A stretch of 64,000 bases of DNA, taken from a virus. Of this stretch, positions 50,596 to 60,409 are shown one piece after another. Positions within the stretch are counted from its first letter, which is position 1. The number at the start of each line of letters is the position of its first letter. Made by a program: the position numbers and the translations under genes. Location of the stretch: the IMG/VR virus record IMGVR_UViG_3300046660_000385, positions 1 through 64,000 of that record; one strand, written 5' to 3'. Below the pieces are notes generated by a model, which ran no database searches, was not told the origin of the DNA, and saw only the letters and a program-made list of their open reading frames with translations.

Positions 50596-51540
50596 ATGGC
50601 TGGTCAAGTATGGCTGACTAATTCGCTCGGCGGTTACATGTGGTCGCCGAACCTGTCGAAAGTTCTGCGCATGAGCGTGCAGCCCCTCACGAAATTCCGT
50701 CAATTCGCGGATATCAAGGACGCTGCAGTGCAAGGCAAGGGAATCGGCGAATCTTTCCACTGGAATATTTATTCCGATGTGGCAACTCAGGGCACGACCC
50801 TGACCGAGGGCACCGCGATGCCGACCACCAACTTCATCATCCAGCAAGGGACGATGACGGTGACGGAATTCGGAAATAGTGTCCCGTACACAAGCAAGCT
50901 GGATGACCTCTCTGAACAGCCGGTGAAGGAGATCATCGCCAAGGTCCTGAAGAACGACGCCAAGAAGGCGTTCGACATCGCGGCCGAGGCGCAGTTCAAC
51001 CTGACCCCGCTGCGCGTGGTCCCGACCGGCGGCACCTCGACCTCGTCGGTCACGCTGTCGACCAACGGCACCGCGGCCGCCGCCAACGGCGTTGCACTCG
51101 GCAAGAATCACGTCAAGGCAATCGTCGACGTGATGAAAGAACGCAACGTGCCGCCGTATACGGGCGATGACTACATCAGCCTGGCCCACCCGACCACGTT
51201 CCGCCAGCTCAAGAACGACCTGGAAGCCGTGCACCAGTACGTGGACGCGGGTTTCCAAATGATCTTGAACGGCGAAATCGGCAGATATGAATCGGTTCGC
51301 TTCGTCGAACAGACCAATATCGCCAAGGCGAACTGGGCCTCGGGCCTGTCCAACTGGGCGTATTTCTTCGGCAACGACACTGTCGCAGAAGGAATCGTTA
51401 TCCCGGAGGAAATGCGCGGAGCTATTCCCTCGGATTATGGCCGCTCGCGCGGAATCGCGTGGTACTACCTCGGCGGTTTCGGTATTATTCACAATCAACC
51501 GAAAAATGCGCGCATCTTCAAGTGGGATTCGGCATCCTGA
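50596..51540 (+). CDS. Major capsid protein (N4 gp56-like)
   Basis: 314 aa after scaffold; L.EG......T.T..EFGN, Y..L.HP....L..D, GEIG.Y..VRFVE. Confidence 0.88.
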   Translation: MAGQVWLTNSLGGYMWSPNLSKVLRMSVQPLTKFRQFADIKDAAVQGKGIGESFHWNIYSDVATQGTTLTEGTAMPTTNFIIQQGTMTVTEFGNSVPYTSKLDDLSEQPVKEIIAKVLKNDAKKAFDIAAEAQFNLTPLRVVPTGGTSTSSVTLSTNGTAAAANGVALGKNHVKAIVDVMKERNVPPYTGDDYISLAHPTTFRQLKNDLEAVHQYVDAGFQMILNGEIGRYESVRFVEQTNIAKANWASGLSNWAYFFGNDTVAEGIVIPEEMRGAIPSDYGRSRGIAWYYLGGFGIIHNQPKNARIFKWDSAS

Positions 51541-51611
51541 CGCAATAATCTGCTAAACATGCCCATGACTTGTAGTTATGGACATGTAGTAGAAAACTTG
51601 CGCCAGAGCAG

Positions 51612-51657
51612 CGAAAAGGCCTTGCCCCTACCTTCCGGCGGGGCAACGGCTTTTTCG
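51612..51657 (+). terminator. Terminator after capsid gene
   Basis: AAAAGGCCTTGCCCC...GGGGCAACGGCTTTTT. Confidence 0.65.
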
Positions 51658-51684
51658 TGACAGCCATTTCTTACGGAGGTCGCC

Positions 51685-51936
51685 ATGACCATCGAAAACA
51701 GCGAACTGAACAAGAGCGGCCCGCTCAAATCGTCAAATTCCTCATTTGACGGCGCCAGCGGCACCGGCAACGATCCGCCGCAGGCCGACCTGGCCCAGGG
51801 CTTCAGCCACCTGCCCGACCCCGAAAAGGTCCCGCACTGGCTACCGCAGAACGCCGACGACGGCGAGAACTATGTCGGCGAGATCTTCGGCGAACGCGGC
51901 GGCTTCGCCGGCCGCCCACGCGGCAACGAACGTTAA
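51685..51936 (+). CDS. Small putative virion protein
   Basis: RBS GGAGG. Confidence 0.65.
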   Translation: MTIENSELNKSGPLKSSNSSFDGASGTGNDPPQADLAQGFSHLPDPEKVPHWLPQNADDGENYVGEIFGERGGFAGRPRGNER

Positions 51937-51952
51937 TCCCAAGGAGAACAGC

Positions 51953-52195
51953 ATGTCCGAATCGAACTACAAGCCGGACGGCACCGGCGTCGTCATGGGC
52001 GACAAGAAGCCGGTCCCGGATCGCGGCACCAGCACCGGCATGACCGGCATCAAGACCGACCTCGGCGGCATGAGCATCGACGTCGACGCCACCAACAGCA
52101 TGGGCGCCGTCGGCGACACCGGCAGCGACCCGATGGACCAGTGCTACGCACCGGACCCGACCTTCGGCAAGACCAGCCACAGCTTCAAGGAGTAA
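51953..52195 (+). CDS. Small putative virion protein
   Basis: RBS AAGGAG; MSESNYKPDG... Confidence 0.65.
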   Translation: MSESNYKPDGTGVVMGDKKPVPDRGTSTGMTGIKTDLGGMSIDVDATNSMGAVGDTGSDPMDQCYAPDPTFGKTSHSFKE

Positions 52196-52199
52196 GCAC

Positions 52200-52400
52200 A
52201 TGGCCGACTTCGACCGCAACAAGCCGTACGCGCAGATCGTGAACGACGACGAGGGCCGCTGCTTCGAGCAGAACGGGGCCTACTTCACCGCCGACGGCAA
52301 GGCCTGGACCGCGCCCGGCGCCGAGGCCCCGGCCCCGGCCCCCAAGGCCAAGAAGGGCGCCGCCACCCAGCTCGACGCCCAGCTGCAGGAGCCAGCTTGA
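52200..52400 (+). CDS. Small hypothetical protein
   Basis: RBS AAGGAG. Confidence 0.65.
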   Translation: MADFDRNKPYAQIVNDDEGRCFEQNGAYFTADGKAWTAPGAEAPAPAPKAKKGAATQLDAQLQEPA

Positions 52401-53998
52401 CCTGGCGCCCGGATGACCCGACGGGCGACGAAGCCCGCAAGGTGGTCTGGGACGTCGTGCAGTACCTGCGCGGCACCGTGCTCGATCTCGGGTGCGGTCC
52501 GCGCAAGGTGCTGCCGCATGTCGTCGGCGTCGATTCCTGCGCCGACACGGCCCTGTTCGGCATCCCGATCCGCCCCGACGTCAAGGTCGACGACTGCGCC
52601 GACCTGGCCGACTTCGAGTCCGCGGCCGTGGACGCCGTGTTCTCCTCGCACCTGCTGGAACACATCGCCGACACCGGCAAAGCCCTCGCCGAATGGTGGC
52701 GCGTCCTGAAACCGGGCGGCCACCTGGTGCTGTACCTGCCGCACCGCGACCTGTACCCGAACATCGGCACCGAGGGCGCCAACCCCGACCACAAGCACGA
52801 TTTTTCTCCCGACGACGTGCTCGGCCACATCGCCAGCGTGGCCGCCGGCAGCCAGACCGGCATGGACGTGCTGGTCAACGAGACGCGCGACCAGGGCATG
52901 GAATACAGTTTCCTCCTCGTCGTCCAGAAGCTGGCCGAGGTCGACTGCCGCTCAAGCTACAAGAAGCCGCGCCCCGAGAAAACGGCGGCCGTGTTCCGCT
53001 GCGGCGGCTTCGGCGACATGATCCAGATGGCCAACATCCTGCCGCAGCTGCGCCGCGAGGGATACCACGTCACCGTCATCACCACGCCGTCCGGCCAGGA
53101 CATCGTCAAGCACGACCCGCACATCGACGACTTCGTGATCCTCGACCCGGACCTGGTGCCAAACCACGAGCTGCCGCTGTACTGGGAAGCCGTCAGCCGC
53201 CGCTACGACAAGTTCATCCAGCTGTCGGAGTCCGTCGAAGGGACCTTGCTCGCCATGCCGGGCCGCGCCAACCACATGTGGCCGCAGAGCGTGCGCCAGG
53301 TGGTGCTGAACAAGAACTACCTTGAGTGGACCAGCTTCATGTGCGAGCTGCCGTACTACTCCGAGGCCCGGTTCTACCCGGCCCCCGAAGAAGCCGGCAA
53401 GGCGCGCGGCTTCCTGACCGCGATCCAGCTGTTGCGCGCGCCGAAGGACCTGATGATCGGCGTGCCGACCCCGAAGGTGTTCACCATCATGTGGGCGCTG
53501 GCCGGCTCATCCGTCCACAAGTGGTCGCCCCACATGGATAGCGTCATCAGCCGCGTGCTGCTCGACATGCCCGAGGCGGTCGTGATCCTGACCGGCGACG
53601 AGGCCTGCCAGGTGCTCGAGTGCGGCTGGGAACTGGAACCGCGCGTGTACCGCGAATCCGGCAAGCAGACGATCCGCGAGACCCTCGCGCTGGCCCAGAA
53701 GGTGGATCTGGTGATCGGCCCGGAGACGGGCGTGCTGAACGCCGTCGCGTTCGAGGCCGACGTCGCCAAGCTCATCATGCTCTCGCACAGCTCGCGCGAG
53801 AACCTGACCAAGCACTGGGACAACACCATCACGCTCGAACCGAAAGGCACAGCTTGTTTCCCGTGCCACCGCCTGCATTATGGATCAGCATACTGCACCA
53901 CTGACGCGGCCACCGGCGCGGCCCAGTGCCAGGTCGACATCAGCGCGGCCGCGATCTTCGAGGCGATCAAGACCGTCTACGACGACTGGAAGGAGTGA
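52397..53998 (+). CDS. Class I SAM methyltransferase fused to GT9-like glycosyltransferase
   Basis: VLDLGCG, D.VFSSHLLEH, EWWRVLKPGG; R.GGFGDMI, DLVIGPETG..N, C.PC...C...C. Confidence 0.85.
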   Translation: MTWRPDDPTGDEARKVVWDVVQYLRGTVLDLGCGPRKVLPHVVGVDSCADTALFGIPIRPDVKVDDCADLADFESAAVDAVFSSHLLEHIADTGKALAEWWRVLKPGGHLVLYLPHRDLYPNIGTEGANPDHKHDFSPDDVLGHIASVAAGSQTGMDVLVNETRDQGMEYSFLLVVQKLAEVDCRSSYKKPRPEKTAAVFRCGGFGDMIQMANILPQLRREGYHVTVITTPSGQDIVKHDPHIDDFVILDPDLVPNHELPLYWEAVSRRYDKFIQLSESVEGTLLAMPGRANHMWPQSVRQVVLNKNYLEWTSFMCELPYYSEARFYPAPEEAGKARGFLTAIQLLRAPKDLMIGVPTPKVFTIMWALAGSSVHKWSPHMDSVISRVLLDMPEAVVILTGDEACQVLECGWELEPRVYRESGKQTIRETLALAQKVDLVIGPETGVLNAVAFEADVAKLIMLSHSSRENLTKHWDNTITLEPKGTACFPCHRLHYGSAYCTTDAATGAAQCQVDISAAAIFEAIKTVYDDWKE

Positions 53999-54002
53999 AC
54001 CC

Positions 54003-54659
54003 ATGACCCTGCAGGACCTCATCACCCTGTTTCGCAACGAGGCCGACGACGCCACCGAACCGTACCTGTGGAGCGACGACGAAGTCACCGAGTTCGCCAA
54101 CGACGCCGAGAACGAGGCCTGCCGGCGTGCGCGCCTGATCGTCGATTCCGGCTCTGCCGTGACCCAGCTGCTGGTCGACCCGATCCAGGGCGGCCTGGTG
54201 CGGCTCGACCCGGCCGTGATCTTCGTGCGCCGCGCCAAGATCGACGGCGGCCGTCCGCTGCACCGCATGGCGCTGCGCGACATGGATGCGCACAACCCGT
54301 ACTGGCAGAACGCGCAGCCCGGCCGGCCGCTGGCCTTCATCCCCGACCTCGATACCGGCGCGCTGCAGCTGCACCCGGCGCCCGCCGAGGAGGGCCTGCT
54401 GCGCCTGACCGTGATACGCACGCCGCTGGTCGAGATGAAGGGCATGGAGGACAGCCCGGAGATCGCCCCGCGCTTCCACCGCGCGCTGCGCTACTGGATG
54501 CTGTACCGCGCGTACAGCAAGCAGGACGCCCAGGCCAACGACCCGAAAAAGGCCGCCGATTCGCTGGCCCTGTTCGAGCAGGAGTTCGGCAAGAAGTCCT
54601 CGGCGATCGACGAGACCTGGATCGCGCGCGAGCAGCTCGACCACGACGGCACCTATTAA
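54003..54659 (+). CDS. Head-tail adaptor-like protein
   Basis: MTL.DLI..FR..ADD...PYLWSD.E...F.N.A..EACRR...L.P.P...H.AL..W...RAY.K.D. Confidence 0.72.
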   Translation: MTLQDLITLFRNEADDATEPYLWSDDEVTEFANDAENEACRRARLIVDSGSAVTQLLVDPIQGGLVRLDPAVIFVRRAKIDGGRPLHRMALRDMDAHNPYWQNAQPGRPLAFIPDLDTGALQLHPAPAEEGLLRLTVIRTPLVEMKGMEDSPEIAPRFHRALRYWMLYRAYSKQDAQANDPKKAADSLALFEQEFGKKSSAIDETWIAREQLDHDGTY

Positions 54660-54676
54660 CCCACCCGGAGGCAATC

Positions 54677-54778
54677 ATGCAGGCAAGACTGAGACCGAAC
54701 AAGAAATGCGGCTGCACCCTGGAACAGGCCGTGTTCCTCATCCTGCTGTGGAACGCCTGTGTACGCGCGGCTCGCTAA
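54677..54778 (+). CDS. 33-aa hydrophobic peptide
   Basis: RBS GGAGG then MQARLRPNKKCGCTLEQAVFLILLWNAC. Confidence 0.35.
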   Translation: MQARLRPNKKCGCTLEQAVFLILLWNACVRAAR

Positions 54779-54926
54779 GGCCTGGGCCGCGGCCGTCGAC
54801 CGCACCCTCGACCTGCTCTGGGACGTGACGCTGCCGGTGTCGACCCGCTGCCCGGTGTGCGCGTTCTGGCGCGGCGTCGCCCTCGGCGGCGTGTCGATGC
54901 TCGTGATCGAAGGGATCGCCCGGTGA
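54759..54926 (+). CDS. 55-aa membrane peptide
   Basis: GTG start; ...CPVCAFWRGVALGGVSMLVI; GTGA coupling to next gene. Confidence 0.45.
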   Translation: MYARLAKAWAAAVDRTLDLLWDVTLPVSTRCPVCAFWRGVALGGVSMLVIEGIAR

Positions 54927-56128
54927 AACCGATCCAGATCAAGGGTTTCCGCGGGATCAACAACCTGCAGGGACCCGAGTCGATCCAGGCGGTCCCGGGC
55001 CGCGACGATCCGCTGGTCGAGCTGGCCGACGCCGTCAACGTCGACATCGACGACCGCGGCGGCCTGCGCCGGCGCCTCGGCCAGTCGCTCCTGATCCCGG
55101 GCGAAGCCCATTCGCTGTACGCGGACGGCGAGCACTGCGTGTATATCCAGGGCGACATGATGTATTCGCTCGACCGCTCGATGGTGCCGACCGCCGTGGC
55201 GATGGGCCTCGACCCACTGCCGATGGCGTACGTCACGGTCGGCAACCGGGTCTACCACACCAACGGCAGCGACTCGGCCGTGTTCGAGGACGGCTACGTG
55301 CGCAGCTGGGGCATCCCGCTCGCCGCGACCGCCGTCGCCGCGTCCGCCACCCTCGGGCACCTGCCGGCCGGCGCCTACCTGTTCGCCATGACCCTGCTGC
55401 GCGAGGATGGCCAGGAGTCCGGCACCGGCATGGCCGGCCGCATCGACCTGCCCGACAACAGCGGCCTGGTGTTTTCGTGGGACGTCCCGCGCGACCCCGG
55501 GATCATGCGCGCCGTGCTGTACCTGTCGCAGGCCGACGCCGAGACCCTGTTCCTGGCGGCCGAGGCTGATGCCGGCGCCGGCCAGTATACGTATACAGGC
55601 GGGCCGCGCTCGATCCCGCTGGCCACCCAGTGGCTGGACCAGCCACCCGCCGGCCGCGCGCTGGCGTTCTACAAGGGCCGGATCTACATCGCCCGCGGCG
55701 AATTCCTCTACGCCACCACGGCCCTGTCCTATGAGCACTGCGACCTGCGCGACTACCGCGCGATCGACGGCAGCGCGATCCTGCTGCTGGCCGCCGTGGA
55801 GTCCGGCCTGTTCGTCTCGACCTCCCACGCCGTGTACTTCCTGTCCGGCAGCAGCTTCGGCGAGGGCGCGCTGGTCAAGAAGCTCGACGTGCCGGCCGTG
55901 GCCGGCTCGATGGTCCACGGCGACGCCGGCGAGATCCTCGGCAACCCGCAGCTGGCCGGCCAGGTGGCCGCCATGTTCGCCACCAGCCTCGGGATCGTGC
56001 TCGGCCTGCCCGACGGCACCATCCTGAACCTGACCGGCGAGCGCTACCAGCTGCCGCCCGTGCGCAGCGGCGCCGCCCTGCTGCGCCCCGGCCCCGACCA
56101 CCACTACCTGCTCGCGCTCGACGCCTAG
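54923..56128 (+). CDS. Short-tail nozzle-like (beta-propeller) protein
   Basis: F.GINN...L.DAVNVDID..G.L.RR.G; follows adaptor. Confidence 0.65.
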   Translation: MKPIQIKGFRGINNLQGPESIQAVPGRDDPLVELADAVNVDIDDRGGLRRRLGQSLLIPGEAHSLYADGEHCVYIQGDMMYSLDRSMVPTAVAMGLDPLPMAYVTVGNRVYHTNGSDSAVFEDGYVRSWGIPLAATAVAASATLGHLPAGAYLFAMTLLREDGQESGTGMAGRIDLPDNSGLVFSWDVPRDPGIMRAVLYLSQADAETLFLAAEADAGAGQYTYTGGPRSIPLATQWLDQPPAGRALAFYKGRIYIARGEFLYATTALSYEHCDLRDYRAIDGSAILLLAAVESGLFVSTSHAVYFLSGSSFGEGALVKKLDVPAVAGSMVHGDAGEILGNPQLAGQVAAMFATSLGIVLGLPDGTILNLTGERYQLPPVRSGAALLRPGPDHHYLLALDA

Positions 56129-56206
56129 CACAGCGTTCAACGCTGTCAAGTCCTGAATTCGGTACTGAACTGGCTTCGTACCGAATTCAGTTCGCTTTCC
56201 CCAAGC

Positions 56207-56235
56207 AGCCCCGCATCCAGCGGGGCTTTTTTTTT
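56207..56235 (+). terminator. Intrinsic terminator
   Basis: AGCCCCGC-atcca-GCGGGGCT plus T run. Confidence 0.82.
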
Positions 56236-56270
56236 GCCCCGCTGACGGGGTTGACCCAAGGAGATTCACC

Positions 56271-57041
56271 ATGACGCTGCGCCTCTCGACCGCCGCCCGC
56301 GACTACATCAATAGCGCCGGTTCCCTGAAAGCCGCCTTCCAGGACGGCCAGATCCAGATCTATTCCGGCTCGCAGCCGCCCAGCGCGGACGCCGCGCCCA
56401 CCGGCACCCTGCTGTGCACCGTCACCGCCAGCTCGGCCGCCCGCACCGCCGAGGTGCTGGCCACCGGCACCGTAACCCTGTCCGGCAGCGCCGGCTCGGT
56501 CAACAGCGTCACCGTCGACGGCGTCTCGGTCATGGACGTGGCCGTGCCGTTCACCACCGACCTGACCACCACCGCCGCGCTGGTGGCCGCCGCGATCAAT
56601 GCCGCGCGCTCGGTGCCGGACTACACGGCGACGTCGGCCGGCGCGGTTGTCACGATTTCCGCCCCGCGTGGCATGGGCCTGGCCGCCAACGGCCTGGTCG
56701 TGGCCGCCGACGCCACCACCATGACCGCCACCGTGGCACCGATGTCCGGCGGCGTCACCGCCGCCAACGGCCTGAAATTCAGCGCGTCCAGCGGCGGCGT
56801 AGTCTCGAAACTGGACAGCCAGGCCTGGTCCGGCGTGGCGGTGGCAAGCGGCACTGCCGGCTGGTTCCGCTTCACCGGCTCGGTGGCCGACTCGGGCGCG
56901 GTCGACTCCACCGCCAGCCAGGTCCGCATGGACGGCGCGATCTCGACCTCGGGCGCGCAGCTGAACATGTCGAGCACCCTGCTCACCTCGGGCGCCACGC
57001 AGACCATCGCCAGCTTCCCGATCACCCTGCCGAGCGCATAA
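56271..57041 (+). CDS. Virion structural protein, paralog of 21790-22209 with inserted domain
   Basis: IQIYSGSQP.SAD...GTLL...[insert]...GTAGWFRF...MDG.I.TS. Confidence 0.75.
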   Translation: MTLRLSTAARDYINSAGSLKAAFQDGQIQIYSGSQPPSADAAPTGTLLCTVTASSAARTAEVLATGTVTLSGSAGSVNSVTVDGVSVMDVAVPFTTDLTTTAALVAAAINAARSVPDYTATSAGAVVTISAPRGMGLAANGLVVAADATTMTATVAPMSGGVTAANGLKFSASSGGVVSKLDSQAWSGVAVASGTAGWFRFTGSVADSGAVDSTASQVRMDGAISTSGAQLNMSSTLLTSGATQTIASFPITLPSA

Positions 57042-57053
57042 GGGGAGGCGCGC

Positions 57054-58328
57054 ATGGCGACCGACGGCAACATCAACCTGGGCGACCTGAGCGGGAAGGT
57101 CACGCCGTTCCTGCTGGCAGGGTCGCTTGAGTCGGCGCTGCCGTTGCCGCCGTTCGCGCTCGACGCCACCGGCGAGACCGGCCAGGCGTTCGAGGGGTTC
57201 GCGCCGGCCCTGCAGCTGGCGGCGTTCAGCGGCGACGGCGGCATGGCCGACGGCATGGTGCTGCGCGCGCCGCGCCTGCAGGCGCTGGCGGTCGCCGGTG
57301 CCAGCATCAACGCGATCCTCGCCCTGCCGGCCTTTGGCGCGGCCGGCTCGCTCGACGGGCCACTGGCCCTGCCGCCCCTGGCCCTCTCGGCCAGCGGCGC
57401 CGCCGGCGCCACCGCCCAGGGCGCGCTGGCGCTGTCCGCGTTCCAGCTGGCGGCGCAGGCGATCGACCACGCCGCCCTCGCGCTGCCGCCGTTCGATCTG
57501 GCCGGCGCGATGCTGGCGGGACAGCTGGCGCGCGGGCAAAGCCAGCTGGCCGGCTGGATTCTGGACGCCGAGGCCTGGCGTGACACCCTTGCCAGCGGCC
57601 AGGCCCAGCTGCCGCTGCTGCAGTTGCAGGCGGTCGGGCGCGCCGACAGCGCGATCGACGCCGTCATCACCCTGAGCGCCCCGGAACTGGCCGCCGCCGC
57701 CGTCAGCGGCAGCGTGGCCACCGCTTCCCTGACCGTGCCGCTGTATGCCAGCGCGGCGGACGGCGAGGGCGGCCCCGGCGCCATCGCCGAGATCATCGGC
57801 AGCGCGACCGTGCTGCTGCCGGCGTTCGGCGCCAGCGCCGTCACCGTGCACCTGGCCCGCCCGGCCGCCGCCGCCGTGCTGCTCAACACGCGCATCAAGG
57901 GCGTCACCCGCTACGAGGGCCTGGCCGCCAACAGTTTCGCCACCTTCGCCGGGGTCCAGCTGGCCGCCACCCCCGACGGGATCGTCGCGCTGATGGGCGA
58001 GACCGATCTCGGATTCCCGATAACGGCCAGCATCACGGCCGGCACCAGCGACTTCGGCGCTGCCGAGAGGAAGCGGATCGAGGCCGGCTACGTCGGCTAC
58101 CGGGCCGGCGGCGACATGGAACTGACGCTTATCACCGACGAACACCACGAATACACCTACCGGCTCGCCGCGCGCCAGATGGCCGATGCGATTCACGGCA
58201 ATCGCGTGAAATTCGGCCGTGGCGTGGACGGCCGCTACTGGCAGTGGAAGCTGGCCAACACGGGCGGCGGCGCGTTCGAGCTGGCCAGCGTGCAGCTGGA
58301 CGTGGTTCCCCTGTCGCGCAGCGTATGA
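57054..58328 (+). CDS. Virion protein with LPxF/L repeats
   Basis: Repeated (A)LP.F.L.A units; C-terminal N....VT.Y...TSDFG...R.KFGRG..GRYWQ. Confidence 0.72.
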   Translation: MATDGNINLGDLSGKVTPFLLAGSLESALPLPPFALDATGETGQAFEGFAPALQLAAFSGDGGMADGMVLRAPRLQALAVAGASINAILALPAFGAAGSLDGPLALPPLALSASGAAGATAQGALALSAFQLAAQAIDHAALALPPFDLAGAMLAGQLARGQSQLAGWILDAEAWRDTLASGQAQLPLLQLQAVGRADSAIDAVITLSAPELAAAAVSGSVATASLTVPLYASAADGEGGPGAIAEIIGSATVLLPAFGASAVTVHLARPAAAAVLLNTRIKGVTRYEGLAANSFATFAGVQLAATPDGIVALMGETDLGFPITASITAGTSDFGAAERKRIEAGYVGYRAGGDMELTLITDEHHEYTYRLAARQMADAIHGNRVKFGRGVDGRYWQWKLANTGGGAFELASVQLDVVPLSRSV

Positions 58329-60388
58329 GCGGCAACGACGGCAAGATCGACGATGTCCGGCCGTATGGCGGCCTGGTGCAGGTGCAGACGGCCGGCGACC
58401 CCGAGCTGGCCATGTCGTACCGCCTGGACGGCCTGCGCCTGCTGGGCAAGCTGCTGAACACGACCGCGCTGACCTCGCGCCAGGACGACGGTCCGGGCGG
58501 CTTCCACCAGCTGGTGCGCATGCAGCCGGACGGCACCCGCCTGAGCGCGATCACCAACAACGGCCATCACATCGTGCGCATCGAAACCCCCGAGGCGCTG
58601 CGCGAAAGCGAGGCCGGCACCCACAGCGCCCACGTCTCGACGCCGCCCCAGTCCGAGCACCAGCGCCACAACGTCGAGGGCGGCTTCAAGGACCCGCCGC
58701 TGCCGTGGCCGCCGATGCCGCAGCACAAGCACGAGGACGAGGAAGAAGAAGAAAAGAAGGACGGCTACGAGTACATGTGGGTCGGCGCCCGCTACACGAG
58801 CCAGAACGTGCCGTTCGACGTGCTGGCCGCCATGATGATCGAGCCGGACAGCGCCCCCTTGTTCCGCGACAGCGAGCTGCCCAAGCGCGGCATCGTCGAC
58901 AACATCAACTGGTGGGGGATCAATGCGCTGGCCGTCAAGCAGGGCGACGACGGCGAATGGAGCCTGGACACCGAGCCTTATGGCGTGTTCCCGGACGTCG
59001 ACAGCGCGATCCAGGACCTGTACGACAGCTGGTACGGCAACTTCGGCGGCCCCGGCGGCGAGTTCGACCGCGCCGAGAACCACATCGTGCTCGGCACCCA
59101 CGCGATCGAGGTCGAGGTCAACAACGACGACGACGGCAGGTTCCTCATTTCGGCCAACGGCCTGCGCTGCGAGTCGATCTACCAGTGGCAGCCCGGGATG
59201 AACGACCAGTGGGTCGGCTACGACCCCTACGCCACCGACCAGACCGGCGCCGCGGTGCGCAACGTCGGCGACCGCCAGCTGGGCGATTATTTCAGGGACG
59301 CCCCGAACGTGCTGTGGGACGTGGTGTTCACGCTCGACCCCTACGAGGACCTGCAGGACACGCCCTGCGACGACCGCCCGGCCATGCTGGGCGCGCGCCG
59401 CGCGCTGGAACGCGAGGCCGGCATGGTCACGCAGATCCTGCCGGGCGACTACATCCTGGCCCTGCATGCGATGGACACCATGCCGCAGCTGCGCTCAAAC
59501 CGCGCCGGCCAGCAGATCCCGCTGTACCAGAGCGACCAGAGCGGCCTGGCGTACCGCAGCACGTTCTCCGACTACGACGAGTACATGAAGCCGGTCGACA
59601 CCACGACCAACCTGGGCGTCGAGATCGAGGTCCGGCTGGGCAAGGGCAACCGCGAGACCGTCTACAACTTCTCGACCACGATCCCCGAGTCGAGCTACGA
59701 CAACTGGGTCAACTATCCGTACGGCATGGACTGGTGGGAGCCGTGCGACCCGGACGGCGGCCCGAACCCGGCCGGCCTGAACTTCGCGCCGCAGTATCTC
59801 GCCATCAACCCGCTGGCCGGCACCGCGGAGTGGGTCAACCACGACAAGGTCGACCTGTACCCGATCCTCGGCGGCGGCCACTACAGCCACCCCGGCGACA
59901 CCCGCGTGCCCCTGTTCATCTACATCCACGTCGTGCCGTGGTCCCAGCCGTCCGACGAGCACTGGGCCGAGAACGCCGGCCGCGCGCTGTTCAAGGTGCT
60001 GGAAGCGGCCACCGCCGGCGTGTACGGCGCCTCGATGATGAGCGACCCCGGCGGCGAAGGCGGCTGCGTCGCCATCTTCGAGGGCACCAGCAAGTCGATG
60101 CTGTGGAAGTACAACGCGATGTCCCAGGCGCTGGAAGCGGTGCCGGTGGTGAGCGAAGTCGACGACTATCCGTACGGCTGGCAGGAGGACCCGAACAGCC
60201 CCAACGGCGGCTTCCAGAGTCCCTACGAAATGACGATGTACTGGTACTACCCGTACAAGTACATCGAGCGCAACAACTGCAACAACAGCATCGGCATCGC
60301 CATCACGGCCGTCTACGACTCGTTCAGCTTCGACCACGGCCAGCACCGCTATTTCGCCGACCCGCCCGACACCGGCGACTGCTGCTGA
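58325..60388 (+). CDS. Large acidic putative tail protein
   Basis: ATG 58325 coupled; aromatic/Asp-rich. Confidence 0.72.
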   Translation: MSGNDGKIDDVRPYGGLVQVQTAGDPELAMSYRLDGLRLLGKLLNTTALTSRQDDGPGGFHQLVRMQPDGTRLSAITNNGHHIVRIETPEALRESEAGTHSAHVSTPPQSEHQRHNVEGGFKDPPLPWPPMPQHKHEDEEEEEKKDGYEYMWVGARYTSQNVPFDVLAAMMIEPDSAPLFRDSELPKRGIVDNINWWGINALAVKQGDDGEWSLDTEPYGVFPDVDSAIQDLYDSWYGNFGGPGGEFDRAENHIVLGTHAIEVEVNNDDDGRFLISANGLRCESIYQWQPGMNDQWVGYDPYATDQTGAAVRNVGDRQLGDYFRDAPNVLWDVVFTLDPYEDLQDTPCDDRPAMLGARRALEREAGMVTQILPGDYILALHAMDTMPQLRSNRAGQQIPLYQSDQSGLAYRSTFSDYDEYMKPVDTTTNLGVEIEVRLGKGNRETVYNFSTTIPESSYDNWVNYPYGMDWWEPCDPDGGPNPAGLNFAPQYLAINPLAGTAEWVNHDKVDLYPILGGGHYSHPGDTRVPLFIYIHVVPWSQPSDEHWAENAGRALFKVLEAATAGVYGASMMSDPGGEGGCVAIFEGTSKSMLWKYNAMSQALEAVPVVSEVDDYPYGWQEDPNSPNGGFQSPYEMTMYWYYPYKYIERNNCNNSIGIAITAVYDSFSFDHGQHRYFADPPDTGDCC

Positions 60389-60409
60389 TCCCCTTTCCCG
60401 GAGCGCCCC

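Noticed and set aside
54677-54926. Holin, spanin or programmed frameshift
   Set aside because: Two short overlapping hydrophobic ORFs, but no endolysin nearby and no slippery sequence seen
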